Assembly (NCBI GenBank): GCA_963802315.1
Contig: CAWDIF010000004.1
Coordinates: 1,445-65,444 of the forward strand
Length of the DNA: 64,000 nt
Direction: 5' to 3'
Origin: an uncultured Actinomycetota bacterium
Lineage (GTDB): Bacteria > Actinomycetota > Actinomycetes > Propionibacteriales > Nocardioidaceae
Shown: one piece after another, positions 55,084 through 63,650 of the stretch
Layout of the letters: every line of letters starts with the position of its first letter
How positions within the stretch are numbered: the first letter of the stretch is position 1
The notes under the pieces: generated by a model
What the model was told of the DNA's origin: nothing
The model's database searches: none
Seen by the model: only the letters and a program-made list of their open reading frames with translations
Program-made: the position numbers and the translations under genes

Positions 55084-56123
55084 AGGTCCTGCTGACGGGC
55101 TCGGCGGGCTTCATCGGCGGCGCGGTCGGCCGGGCGCTCGACAACGCGGGCGACGAGGTCGTGCGCGTCGACCTGATGCTCGACAAGGCGCATGGCGCAG
55201 CGGTGGCACCGCAGGGCACCCACCAGGTGGACGTTCGGGACGCCGGGTCGTGGGATGGCCTGCTCGACGGGGTCGACGTCGTGTGTCACCAGGCGGCGGT
55301 GGTCGGGGCCGGCGTCACGGTCGCCGACCTGCCGGTCTACGCCTCCCACAACGACCTCGGCACCGCCTCCTTGCTGGCCGCGATGCACGAGGCGGGCGTG
55401 GACCGGCTCGTCCTGGCGTCGTCGATGGTGGTCTATGGCGAGGGGCGCTACGCGTGCACCGAGCACGGTGATCAGGTGCCTGGAACCCGGTCCGCTGCGG
55501 CCCTCGACGCCGGCGACTTCGACAACCACTGCCCGAGGTGCGGCGCCGCGCTGACCTGGGCGTTGGTCGACGAGGACGCCCGGCTCGACCCGCGCAGCTC
55601 CTACGCCGCGAGCAAGCTCGCCCAGGAGCACTACACGTCGGCCTGGGTGCGGCAGGCGGACGCGGCGGCGCTTGCGCTGAGGTACCACAACGTCTATGGG
55701 CCCGGGATGCCGAGGGACACGCCCTACTCCGGCGTGGCCGCGATGTTCCGCTCCTCGCTGGAGCGCGGCGAGGCCCCTCGCGTCTTCGAGGACGGTGCCC
55801 AGATGCGTGACTTCGTGCACGTGGACGACGTGGCGCGGGCCAATCTCGCCGCGCTGCGTGCCGTCGTCGAGGCACCCGCGGGGTCCCAGGCCGCCTACAA
55901 CGTGGCCTCGGGACACCCGGTCGCGATCCTCGAGGTGGCCGGGCTCGTGGCGCGGGGGACGGGTCGCATGATCGAGCCGGAGGTGACCGGCGGCTACCGG
56001 CTAGGGGACGTGCGGCACATCGTGGCCTCGCCGGCCCGGGCCGCCGATGAGCTCGGCTTCATCGCCGAGGTGCTGCCGGAGGTCGGCCTGCCCGGCTTCG
56101 CGACCGCGCCGCTGCGCGACTGA
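55080..56123 (+). CDS. NAD-dependent sugar epimerase with a Cys/His insert (Rv0536-like)
   Basis: TGSAGFIG, SSMVVYGEG, CTEH...CPRC insert, YAASK and RYHNVYGP. Confidence 0.9.
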   Translation: MKVLLTGSAGFIGGAVGRALDNAGDEVVRVDLMLDKAHGAAVAPQGTHQVDVRDAGSWDGLLDGVDVVCHQAAVVGAGVTVADLPVYASHNDLGTASLLAAMHEAGVDRLVLASSMVVYGEGRYACTEHGDQVPGTRSAAALDAGDFDNHCPRCGAALTWALVDEDARLDPRSSYAASKLAQEHYTSAWVRQADAAALALRYHNVYGPGMPRDTPYSGVAAMFRSSLERGEAPRVFEDGAQMRDFVHVDDVARANLAALRAVVEAPAGSQAAYNVASGHPVAILEVAGLVARGTGRMIEPEVTGGYRLGDVRHIVASPARAADELGFIAEVLPEVGLPGFATAPLRD

Positions 56124-56144
56124 CGTAGCCACGAGCCAGACCTA

Positions 56145-57536
56145 TCAGCCGAGCTGGCGGGTGCCGTCTCGTTCGCGGAGGTACATGAGGCCGTGCGGGT
56201 CGACCCAGAGGTAGGTGGTGGGGTCGAGCTTCCAGTAGCGCCAGCCGGCGAGAGTCTTGAGTCGATGATGATGTCGACACAGGGGTGCGAGGTTGCACCG
56301 GGGGCAGGTGGGGCCGCGGTCGGGGTCGAAGGGTCTGATGTGGTCGATGTCGCAGCTCCTGGCGCGACGCGTGCATTGGGGGTGCACGCACCGGGGAGCA
56401 GCGAGCCGGACGATCCGCTTGTCGAGCTCGGAGGGGACGTAGTCGGCGACGGCGTGGCGGCTGTGGGCGTCGCAGTCGATGCGGGCGGGGCAGTCCACAC
56501 AGCCGCCGTCGGCACCGCCGCAATGCCGGATGCCCTTGATGGTGAGAGCGATGTCCTGGCGGCCGATCCATTGCTGGATGACCTGACTGAGGTGGGCCTT
56601 GAGGTCCGCGTCACTGACCACGGCGTCGCCCAGAAGCAGAAGTCCCTCGGTGAGGTGCAGGTCCGCGACCAGCTCACGCCGGCGGGTGGGTGCGGTGTCG
56701 ACCCGTCCGTCGAGGATGGCCTGGGCGCGGGCCGGGTCGGCCAAGATCCCCAGCGCGATCGAGCGGCGTACGTCGAGTGACTCGTGCTCGTAGTCCGGGA
56801 GGTCCTTGATCGCCTGGGCGAGCGCGGTCAGGGTCTCGTCGAAGGGTGCGGCGTCGGCCCAGTCCGCGGCGGCATCGACCTTGACGACCCCGGAGTGGTT
56901 GATCGACTCCGCGTCGACGTTGACGTATCGCCTGTCCAACGCCTCGATCTGGTCGAGCTCGCGCTCCTCGGCGTGCAGCTGCAGCATGGCCTCGTCGACC
57001 AGGCGCTCGACCACGACGGACCCGATCGACTCCCGGCCCTGGAGTCGCTCGACCAGCTCGTCATTGACGTAGGCGCACACGTCGTTGCGTTCACCAAGGA
57101 CGGCCTGGGCGATCTTGCGGGCCCGCCAGACGGTGACCCTGCCGGCCATGACCGCCGTGAACATCCCCGGCAGCCGGTGCACGAGGACCAGGGCGTCACG
57201 GATGAACGCCTTGCCCTGATGGGTCGACATCCCGTTCGCGGCCGCGAAGGCGGCGGGCGCGTCCCAGCGCACCGCGGGGATCCCGTGCCACTCGAAGTCG
57301 GCCGGGTCGATCGCCTCCAGGTCCGCATCCGTGACCGGGTGGATCCACAACGGCAACGCTGCCGGCTCCCAGGCGTCTTGCCCGGGTAGGGCCGGGTTGG
57401 CATAGGCCCACTCCAGGGCGAGCTTGAGGATCTCCTGCTCGCGCTGGTCGTTCTTGCGGCGCATCTTGCTCACCCGTGCCAGCAGGTCCCGCGGCAACGG
57501 GACTGAGTCGGGGAGGAGGTCGGCCGTGGAAGTCAT
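56145..57536 (-). CDS. DUF222 / HNH endonuclease (13E12 repeat-like family)
   Basis: RCVHPQC, CDIDHIRPF and NLAPLCRHHHRLKT. Confidence 0.88.
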   Translation of the reverse strand: MTSTADLLPDSVPLPRDLLARVSKMRRKNDQREQEILKLALEWAYANPALPGQDAWEPAALPLWIHPVTDADLEAIDPADFEWHGIPAVRWDAPAAFAAANGMSTHQGKAFIRDALVLVHRLPGMFTAVMAGRVTVWRARKIAQAVLGERNDVCAYVNDELVERLQGRESIGSVVVERLVDEAMLQLHAEERELDQIEALDRRYVNVDAESINHSGVVKVDAAADWADAAPFDETLTALAQAIKDLPDYEHESLDVRRSIALGILADPARAQAILDGRVDTAPTRRRELVADLHLTEGLLLLGDAVVSDADLKAHLSQVIQQWIGRQDIALTIKGIRHCGGADGGCVDCPARIDCDAHSRHAVADYVPSELDKRIVRLAAPRCVHPQCTRRARSCDIDHIRPFDPDRGPTCPRCNLAPLCRHHHRLKTLAGWRYWKLDPTTYLWVDPHGLMYLRERDGTRQLG

Positions 57537-57552
57537 CGTTCCCTCATCTTAA

Positions 57553-57568
57553 TAGAACAGATGTTCGA
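57553..57568. promoter_or_regulatory. LexA (SOS) box
   Basis: TAGAAC-AGAT-GTTCGA versus actinobacterial TCGAAC-N4-GTTCGA; adjacent to a TAAGAT -10 element on the minus strand. Confidence 0.85.
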
Positions 57569-57605
57569 AAACAAGACCGACGCAAGGAATGTTGAGAACC
57601 GCAAG

Positions 57606-58946
57606 TCACCAGGCCGTGTAGAGCAGGTGCTGCACGACCAGGGCCGTCACCACCTGGAGCCCCAGCCCCCACCGACGCCACGAGGCGGGCAACGTGGCCA
57701 GCGAGACGGTCAGCCACGGGACGAACGGCAACCAGATGCGCTCGACCTCCGCCTTGCTCATTCCGGAGGCGTCGGCGAGCGCGACCATCAGGACTGCGGC
57801 GCCGACCAGCAGCAGGACCACTCGCCCGCTCGAGCGGCGCAGCGAGGCGAGCCCGGCCCCGACCAGCGGTCCGGCCGAGACCGCCAGCGCCGCAAGGTTG
57901 CCCCACCACCAGTAGCCGATCGGACGGTCCGCGGCGATGCCGTCGAAGTAGCGCTCCTTCAGCACCGGGTAGGCCTCCCACCAGGAGAAGCCGAGCGCCG
58001 CGAAGGCCAGGACGACAGCGAGCGCAGCGACGACCGCGACGGGCAGCGGTCGCCACGAACGAGCCGCCATCAGGACCGCGATGGCCAGGACGCCCATCAG
58101 CGGCATGCCGTACGACATCAGGACGCCGCACCCGAGGAGCAGGCCGGCCAACGCCGCCCAGCCGACCCAGCCTCGTCCGACCGTGGTCGCGGCCAGCGCC
58201 AGCGCGGCGATGCCCCACGCGGTGACCGCCGTGATGACCGCGTCGGCGGAGACGGCCATGAAGACGGCGGACGGTGTGAGCACCAGGAACGGCGCGGCCC
58301 GTCGCGCGACCGCCTCCGCGCCCAGGGCACGGAGAGTCACCAGCACAGCGGCCGCGACCGAGGCGGCCAGCAGCGTCACGACCACTCCGGCAGCCAGGTC
58401 TCCGCCCAGCCCCAGCCGGACCAGCCCGACAAAGAGCAGCAGCATCGCGGGCGGGTGACCGGCGACGTGGGTGGGCCAGTTGTCGTCCGCGGCATAGGGG
58501 ATCCGGTCCACGTAGGTGTCGAGCAGCCCCGAGACGTCGTCCACCTCACGCGCCGTCTCGAGGTACTCGTACGGGTTGCCCAGGACCCGCGAGAGGCCGT
58601 CGGTCCCGTCCACCAGGGCGAGCGACAGCAGCCAGGCCAGGCTCGCGGCGTACGACGCCAGGAGCATCGGTCGCCAGGGGAGCCGGGCGGCGAGGTCGGC
58701 GGCGTACCTCCACCCGAACAGGGCGATGAGGACGGCCGGAAGGGTGCCGGGTCCCAACCACTGCGGCGCCCAGTAGCCGTGCAGCGGTGGTGCGCCGCCG
58801 GAGACGGCGTTGCGCGGAGCCCGGGCCGCGACCTCCCAGTCGAGAGCGTGTGGGAGCGTGAACGCGAGTGCGAGGAGAACCCCGGTGACCACCAGACCGA
58901 CCCACGGCGCGAGGCGCACGCGCGCGTCCTCGGGAGCAGGGGTCAC
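57606..58946 (-). CDS. GT-C polytopic glycosyltransferase, MtxT (Rv0541c)-like
   Basis: About 11 TM segments; loop motifs YEYL, WPTHVAGHPP, VSADA and SKAEVERIWLPF; clustered with the other MTX-type genes. Confidence 0.75.
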   Translation of the reverse strand: MTPAPEDARVRLAPWVGLVVTGVLLALAFTLPHALDWEVAARAPRNAVSGGAPPLHGYWAPQWLGPGTLPAVLIALFGWRYAADLAARLPWRPMLLASYAASLAWLLSLALVDGTDGLSRVLGNPYEYLETAREVDDVSGLLDTYVDRIPYAADDNWPTHVAGHPPAMLLLFVGLVRLGLGGDLAAGVVVTLLAASVAAAVLVTLRALGAEAVARRAAPFLVLTPSAVFMAVSADAVITAVTAWGIAALALAATTVGRGWVGWAALAGLLLGCGVLMSYGMPLMGVLAIAVLMAARSWRPLPVAVVAALAVVLAFAALGFSWWEAYPVLKERYFDGIAADRPIGYWWWGNLAALAVSAGPLVGAGLASLRRSSGRVVLLLVGAAVLMVALADASGMSKAEVERIWLPFVPWLTVSLATLPASWRRWGLGLQVVTALVVQHLLYTAW

Positions 58947-58971
58947 GTCGGCGAGCGTAGGAGACGACTGA

Positions 58972-59640
58972 GTGACCTCAGGTGACCTGGCCTGCGACGT
59001 GGTCCTGCCGTGCCGCGACGAGGCAGCGGCACTGACGGGGCTGCTCACTGAGTTCCCCGACGGGCTCCGCGTCATCGTGGTCGACAACGGCTCCCGTGAC
59101 GGGACCGCCGAGGTGGCGCGGATGCTCGGCGCCACCGTCGTGGCGGAGTCAACTCCGGGCTACGGCGCCGCGGTGCACGCCGGTCTGCTGGCGGCCACCG
59201 CCGACCTCGTCGCGTTCATGGACGGCGACGGCTCCTTCGACCCGGTCGAGCTGCTGCCGCTGGTCGAGGACGTCCGCTCCGGTCGCGCGGACATCGCCGT
59301 CGGGCGTCGTCGCCCCACCGGCCGCGGGACCTGGCCCTGGCACGCGCGCGTCGGCAACGCTCTCATCGTGGCCTGGCTGCGCCGCCGGATCGGCCTGCCG
59401 GCCCACGACATCGCGCCGATGCGGGTGTGTCGGCGCGCCGACCTGCTGGCGTTGGACGTGCGCGACCGCCGGTTCGGATACCCGGTCGAGCTCCTGCAGA
59501 AGGCGACCCTGGCCGGGTGGCGGTTCAGCGAGCACGACGTGTCCTACCGGCCCCGCGCCGAGGGGACCCGCTCCAAGGTGTCGGGCTCGGTGAAGGGCAC
59601 GCTGCGGACCGCGCGTGACTTCGCCCGGGTCCTGTCATGA
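58972..59640 (+). CDS. GT2 polyprenol-phosphate glycosyltransferase, MtxS (Rv0539)-like
   Basis: VLPCRDE, VDNGSRD, GYGAA, DGDGS and SKVSG. Confidence 0.85.
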   Translation: MTSGDLACDVVLPCRDEAAALTGLLTEFPDGLRVIVVDNGSRDGTAEVARMLGATVVAESTPGYGAAVHAGLLAATADLVAFMDGDGSFDPVELLPLVEDVRSGRADIAVGRRRPTGRGTWPWHARVGNALIVAWLRRRIGLPAHDIAPMRVCRRADLLALDVRDRRFGYPVELLQKATLAGWRFSEHDVSYRPRAEGTRSKVSGSVKGTLRTARDFARVLS

Positions 59641-59655
59641 CGGTCCTGTCATGAC
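59628..59655. repeat. 14-bp tandem duplication at a gene junction
   Basis: GGTCCTGTCATGAC twice. Confidence 0.9.
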
Positions 59656-60292
59656 GGACCCCTCGGTCCTGGTCGTCGCCAAGGCGCCCGCACCGGGTCG
59701 GGTGAAGACCAGGCTCGGGGCCGACATCGGCATGCGGGCCGCCGCCGAGCTGGCCGCCGCGGCGTTGCTCGACACCCTCGACGCCGGGGCCGCAACCGGG
59801 TGGTCCCGGCACCTGTCGCTCGACGGTGACCTGGCCGACGCGGTCCGGGCGGACGAGCTCCGCGATGCCGTCGCCGGCTGGACCGTGCACCCGCAGGAGG
59901 GCCCGGACTTCGCCGCCCGCCTCGCCGACGCGCACCGGCGCGTGCCGGGACCGGTCGTCCAGGTCGGCATGGACACGCCCCAGGTCACCGGTGCGCTCCT
60001 CGCCGAGGCGGGCGCGGGGCTCTCGACCCATGACGCGGTCCTGGGGCCCGCCCATGACGGTGGCTGGTGGGTGCTCGCGCTGCGCGACCCCACCCACGCG
60101 GCCGCCCTGGCCGGCGTCGTGATGTCGACGCCGACGACGTACGCCGACACCCGCACCGCCCTCGAGGCGGCGGGGCTCCAGGTGGGGGTCACGGTCACCC
60201 TGCGCGACGTCGACACGGTGTCCGACGCGGACGTCGTGGCTGCCCTGGCCCCGACGTCCCGGTTCGCGCGGGCTTGGACGAGCCGGTCCTAG
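59651..60292 (+). CDS. DUF2064/TIGR04282 nucleotidyltransferase-like protein (Rv0540-like)
   Basis: AKAPAPGRVKTRL, GMDTPQ, LGPAHDGGWW and LRDVDT. Confidence 0.88.
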   Translation: MTDPSVLVVAKAPAPGRVKTRLGADIGMRAAAELAAAALLDTLDAGAATGWSRHLSLDGDLADAVRADELRDAVAGWTVHPQEGPDFAARLADAHRRVPGPVVQVGMDTPQVTGALLAEAGAGLSTHDAVLGPAHDGGWWVLALRDPTHAAALAGVVMSTPTTYADTRTALEAAGLQVGVTVTLRDVDTVSDADVVAALAPTSRFARAWTSRS

Positions 60293-61188
60293 AGCGGTTT
60301 GCGGGCCATCACGAGTGACTGCTGGACCCCGAGCATGTCCCGGGTCCCGACGAACCCGGCCGCCGCGAGCAGGTCGCGGGCGGTCTCCACGGACATCGAC
60401 CCGCCGCCGCGTATGACGGCGTCGTGCTCCAGGGCCGCCCGCTCCAGCTCGGTGCCCTCCGGGTCGCAGGCGGCCACGGGCATGACCAGCCAGCAGCCGG
60501 GACGGAGCGCGTCGAGGACACGCGTGAGGCCGAGCTGAACGTCCTCGGGAGCAAGGAAGATCTGGGGCAGCCACGCCAGGTCGTAGGCGTTCTGCTCCCG
60601 CAGTTCCACGACGCTCTGACGTCGCAGTTCGACCCGGTCGCGAGCGGGAGAGTCGGCCAGTCGCTCCTCGGCCATGGCCAGGGCCTCGGGGGACACGTCG
60701 AGACCCACGGCCACCAGCCCGTCGTAGGCCCGGCACAGGGTCTCGGAGATCGCACCCGTGCCGACGCCGACGTCGAGGAAGCGGGCCGAACCTGCGGCCA
60801 GCGCGTCCCGGGTCACCGGGAGCATCGGGAGGATGGCCTCGGCGAGGATGGCCGCGACCGACTGGCTGGCCGCGCCCATCGCGGCGATCTCGTCGGGGTC
60901 GACGGCATTCAGCGGCAGCCCCTCCCCGTGCTGGAGGGCGCGCCTGAGCTGGGCGACGAGCCCGCTGGCGAGGACCTCGGCGTCGTCGTACCAAGGATGC
61001 AGGTCGCGGGGCTCGAGCGCGCCGTCCTGCCGCAGCCTCAGCACGTCCGCGGCCACGAGGAGGTCTGCGTCGGCGCGGTCGGTCTGCTCCTCCAGGGGAC
61101 GACCGGACACGATCCGGGCCCACCCACCGTTGCCCGCGAGTCGAGCCAGGGCACCCACGACCTGGACGTGGCGCAAGGAGTCGATCAT
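60289..61188 (-). CDS. Class I SAM-dependent methyltransferase
   Basis: FLDVGVGTG, GLDVS, YDLAW and LRPG. Confidence 0.85.
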   Translation of the reverse strand: MIDSLRHVQVVGALARLAGNGGWARIVSGRPLEEQTDRADADLLVAADVLRLRQDGALEPRDLHPWYDDAEVLASGLVAQLRRALQHGEGLPLNAVDPDEIAAMGAASQSVAAILAEAILPMLPVTRDALAAGSARFLDVGVGTGAISETLCRAYDGLVAVGLDVSPEALAMAEERLADSPARDRVELRRQSVVELREQNAYDLAWLPQIFLAPEDVQLGLTRVLDALRPGCWLVMPVAACDPEGTELERAALEHDAVIRGGGSMSVETARDLLAAAGFVGTRDMLGVQQSLVMARKPL

Positions 61189-61324
61189 GGTTCGGCTCTC
61201 TCGCTCTCGTGTTGGTTGCCGGCCCGGTACCCGCCGATGAATGTTCGGACACGTGAGCCCGATCGCTTGGTGTCCTGCCACCGTCGGGGTTCGGGAGCGC
61301 GCAGCCAAGTACCCGGGACCAGCC

Positions 61325-61340
61325 GTCACGAGTTCGTAAG
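61325..61340 (+). promoter_or_regulatory. Putative OmpR-type direct-repeat site
   Basis: GTCAC-N6-GTAAG (11-bp period) upstream of the TACTGT -10 at 61374. Confidence 0.45.
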
Positions 61341-61385
61341 CACAGGATCCCCACGCGACTGCGCCCGGCTGCCTACTGTCGACCC

Positions 61386-62553
61386 ATGCCCACCCCGCCT
61401 CGGCTCAGCCCGCCGACCGAGGCGGACTTCACCTCCCGGCTGCGCAGCGCCACCGTCGCCGCCCGGGTGGGGTTGTGGCTCGGCATCTGCTTCGGGATCT
61501 GCTTCCTCACGGGGCTGCTCAGCCACTACGCACAGAACCCGGACCACCCGATCCCGTTCCCCACCAGCCCGTCGTGGGGCTACCGGCTGACCCAGGGCCT
61601 GCACGTCGTCACCGGGACGGCTGCGGTGCCGCTGCTCCTCGTCAAGCTCTGGACCGTCTTCCCGCGGCTGTTCATCAGGCCGCCCAAGGGTGCGCGAGCA
61701 CTGGCGGTCGAGGGCCTCGAGCGCACCTCGATCGGGGTGCTGGTCGCCGCCTCGGTCTTCCAGCTGGCCACCGGTCTCTCCAACTCGGCGCAGTGGTACC
61801 CGTGGAGCTTCTCGTTCCGGACCACGCACTACGCGATGGCCTGGGTCGCCATCGGTGCGCTGGTCGTGCACATCGCGGTCAAGCTGCCGATCATCCGCGG
61901 CGCGCTGACCGGCGATGTCGACGACACGACGTACGACCGGGAGTCCGCGACCCGCGAGAGCCCCATGTCGCGGCGCGGGCTCCTCCGCTCGACCTGGGTC
62001 GCGGCCGGTGTCGCGGTGCTGGCGACCGCGGGCAGCACCGTGCCGATCCTGCGCAAGGTGTCGGTGTTCGGCGTCCGCTCCGGCGACGGCCCCGGCGGCA
62101 TCCCGATCAACAAGTCCGCCAAGGCGGCCGGTGTCACGGCCACCGCGGTCAGCCCCGCCTACGTCCTGACCGTGGTCAACGCGAGCACGGCCGTCGAGCT
62201 GGACCGCGACGACCTGCTCGGCCTGACCCAGCGCGAGGAGACGTTGCCCATCGCGTGCGTCGAGGGCTGGAGCGCGAGCGGCAGGTGGAGCGGCGTCCGG
62301 CTGCGTGATCTGCTGGACCTCGTCGACGCCCCGGCCGGTAGCGACCTGCAGGTCAGCTCCCTCCAGGAGAAGGGCGCGTTCCGGCGCAGCACCCTCCAGG
62401 GCAACTTCGCCGACGACGACCGCGACGCTGCTGGCCCTGATGCTGGAGGGCGAGGCGCTGTCGATCGACCACGGCTACCCGGCGCGGATCATCGCGCCCA
62501 ACCGGCCCGGGGTGCTGCAGACCAAGTGGGTCAACCGGATCGAGGTCCTGTGA
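61386..62553 (+). CDS. Polytopic heme/molybdopterin oxidoreductase, sulfite-oxidase/MsrP family (frameshift near 62425)
   Basis: Four His-bearing or hydrophobic TM segments, internal SRRGLL plus TM, IACVEGWS, WSGVRL, and DHGYPARIIAP..KWV in the next frame. Confidence 0.88.
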
Positions 62554-62963
62554 TGCGCACGCGGCTCCTGATCGGCGGCGTCGGGGCTGTCGTTGGCGGG
62601 TACGGCGCGTTCCTCCTGCTGACCCGGCAGGACCTCGACCAGCTCGTCAACGCCGCGATCTGGCTCGCCTCCGGGGTGGTGCTGCACGACTTCGTGCTCG
62701 CCCCCATCGTGCTCGGGCTGGTGTTCCTCGGGAGCCGGCTGGTGCCGGTGGCGGGCAGGGTGCCGGCGGCCGTAGCCCTCGTCGTGCTGGGACGGTCACG
62801 GTGCTCGCGATCCCGGTCCTGGGCCGGTTCGGCGAGCGCGGCCGACAACTCGACCCTGCTCGACCGCGACTACACCGTCGGCTGGCTGGTGCTCGCGGGG
62901 CTCGTCGTCCTGGTGACCGTGGTCCTCACGCTCGTGCGCTCGCGTCGGCAGACCCGGGCGTGA
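62553..62963 (+). CDS. Small membrane protein (compensating frameshifts near 62790-62835)
   Basis: WLASGVVLHDFVLAP and NSTLLDRDY; coupled to the oxidoreductase. Confidence 0.75.
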   Translation: MRTRLLIGGVGAVVGGYGAFLLLTRQDLDQLVNAAIWLASGVVLHDFVLAPIVLGLVFLGSRLVPVAGRVPAAVALVVLGRSRCSRSRSWAGSASAADNSTLLDRDYTVGWLVLAGLVVLVTVVLTLVRSRRQTRA

Positions 62964-62965
62964 GC

Positions 62966-63650
62966 GTGGCGCGCGTGCTCGTCGTCGACGACGACCCCAC
63001 CGTGCGTGAGGTCGTCGTGTCCTATCTCCGCGCTGCCGATCACGAGGTGACCGAGGCCGGCGACGGCGAGACCGCCCTGATGCTGCAGCGTGCCAAGCCG
63101 CACGACCTGGTCGTCCTGGACCTGATGCTGCCCGGCATCGACGGTCTCGAGGTGTGCCGCCGGCTGCGCGCCGACGGCGACGTCCCGGTGATCATGCTGA
63201 CCGCGCTCGGCGAGGAGACCGACCGGGTCGTCGGGCTGGAGGTGCGGCGCCGACGACTACGTCACCAAGCCGTTCAGCCCGCGCGAGCTCGCGCTGCGTG
63301 TCGACTCGGTGCTGCGCGCGGGCCGACCGCGCCCGACCGCGCCCAAGCGGCTCGTGGACGGCGACCTCGTCGTCGACGAGGCCCGCGCACGAGGCCTACC
63401 GCGACGGCGAGGTGCTCGGCGCTGACCGGCGCGCGAGTTCGACCTGCTCCGGTTCCTGCTGGCCCACCCCGGCACGGCGTACTCCCGCGAGGAGCTGCTC
63501 GAGCAGGTGTGGGGCTGGTCCTTCGGCGACCAGTCGACGGTCACCGTGCACGTGCGCCGGCTGCGCGAGAAGGTCGAGGCCGATCCGACCCGTCCGGTGC
63601 GCCTGCTGACCGTCTGGGGCGTGGGCTACCGGTGGGAGGCGGCCCCGTGA
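62966..63650 (+). CDS. OmpR family response regulator (frameshifted, probably errors)
   Basis: [37 protein letters not shown] and VWGVGY. Confidence 0.9.

Noticed and set aside
56145-57536. HNH genes as IscB/Cas9-like RNA-guided nucleases or IS transposases
   Set aside because: I saw no RuvC or DDE motifs, no repeat array and no terminal inverted repeats, and the flanks leave little room for a guide RNA.
59651-60292. Arsenosugar biosynthesis suggested by the TIGR04282 family label
   Set aside because: There is no ArsS radical-SAM or ArsM-like gene nearby; the context matches the MTX gene set better.
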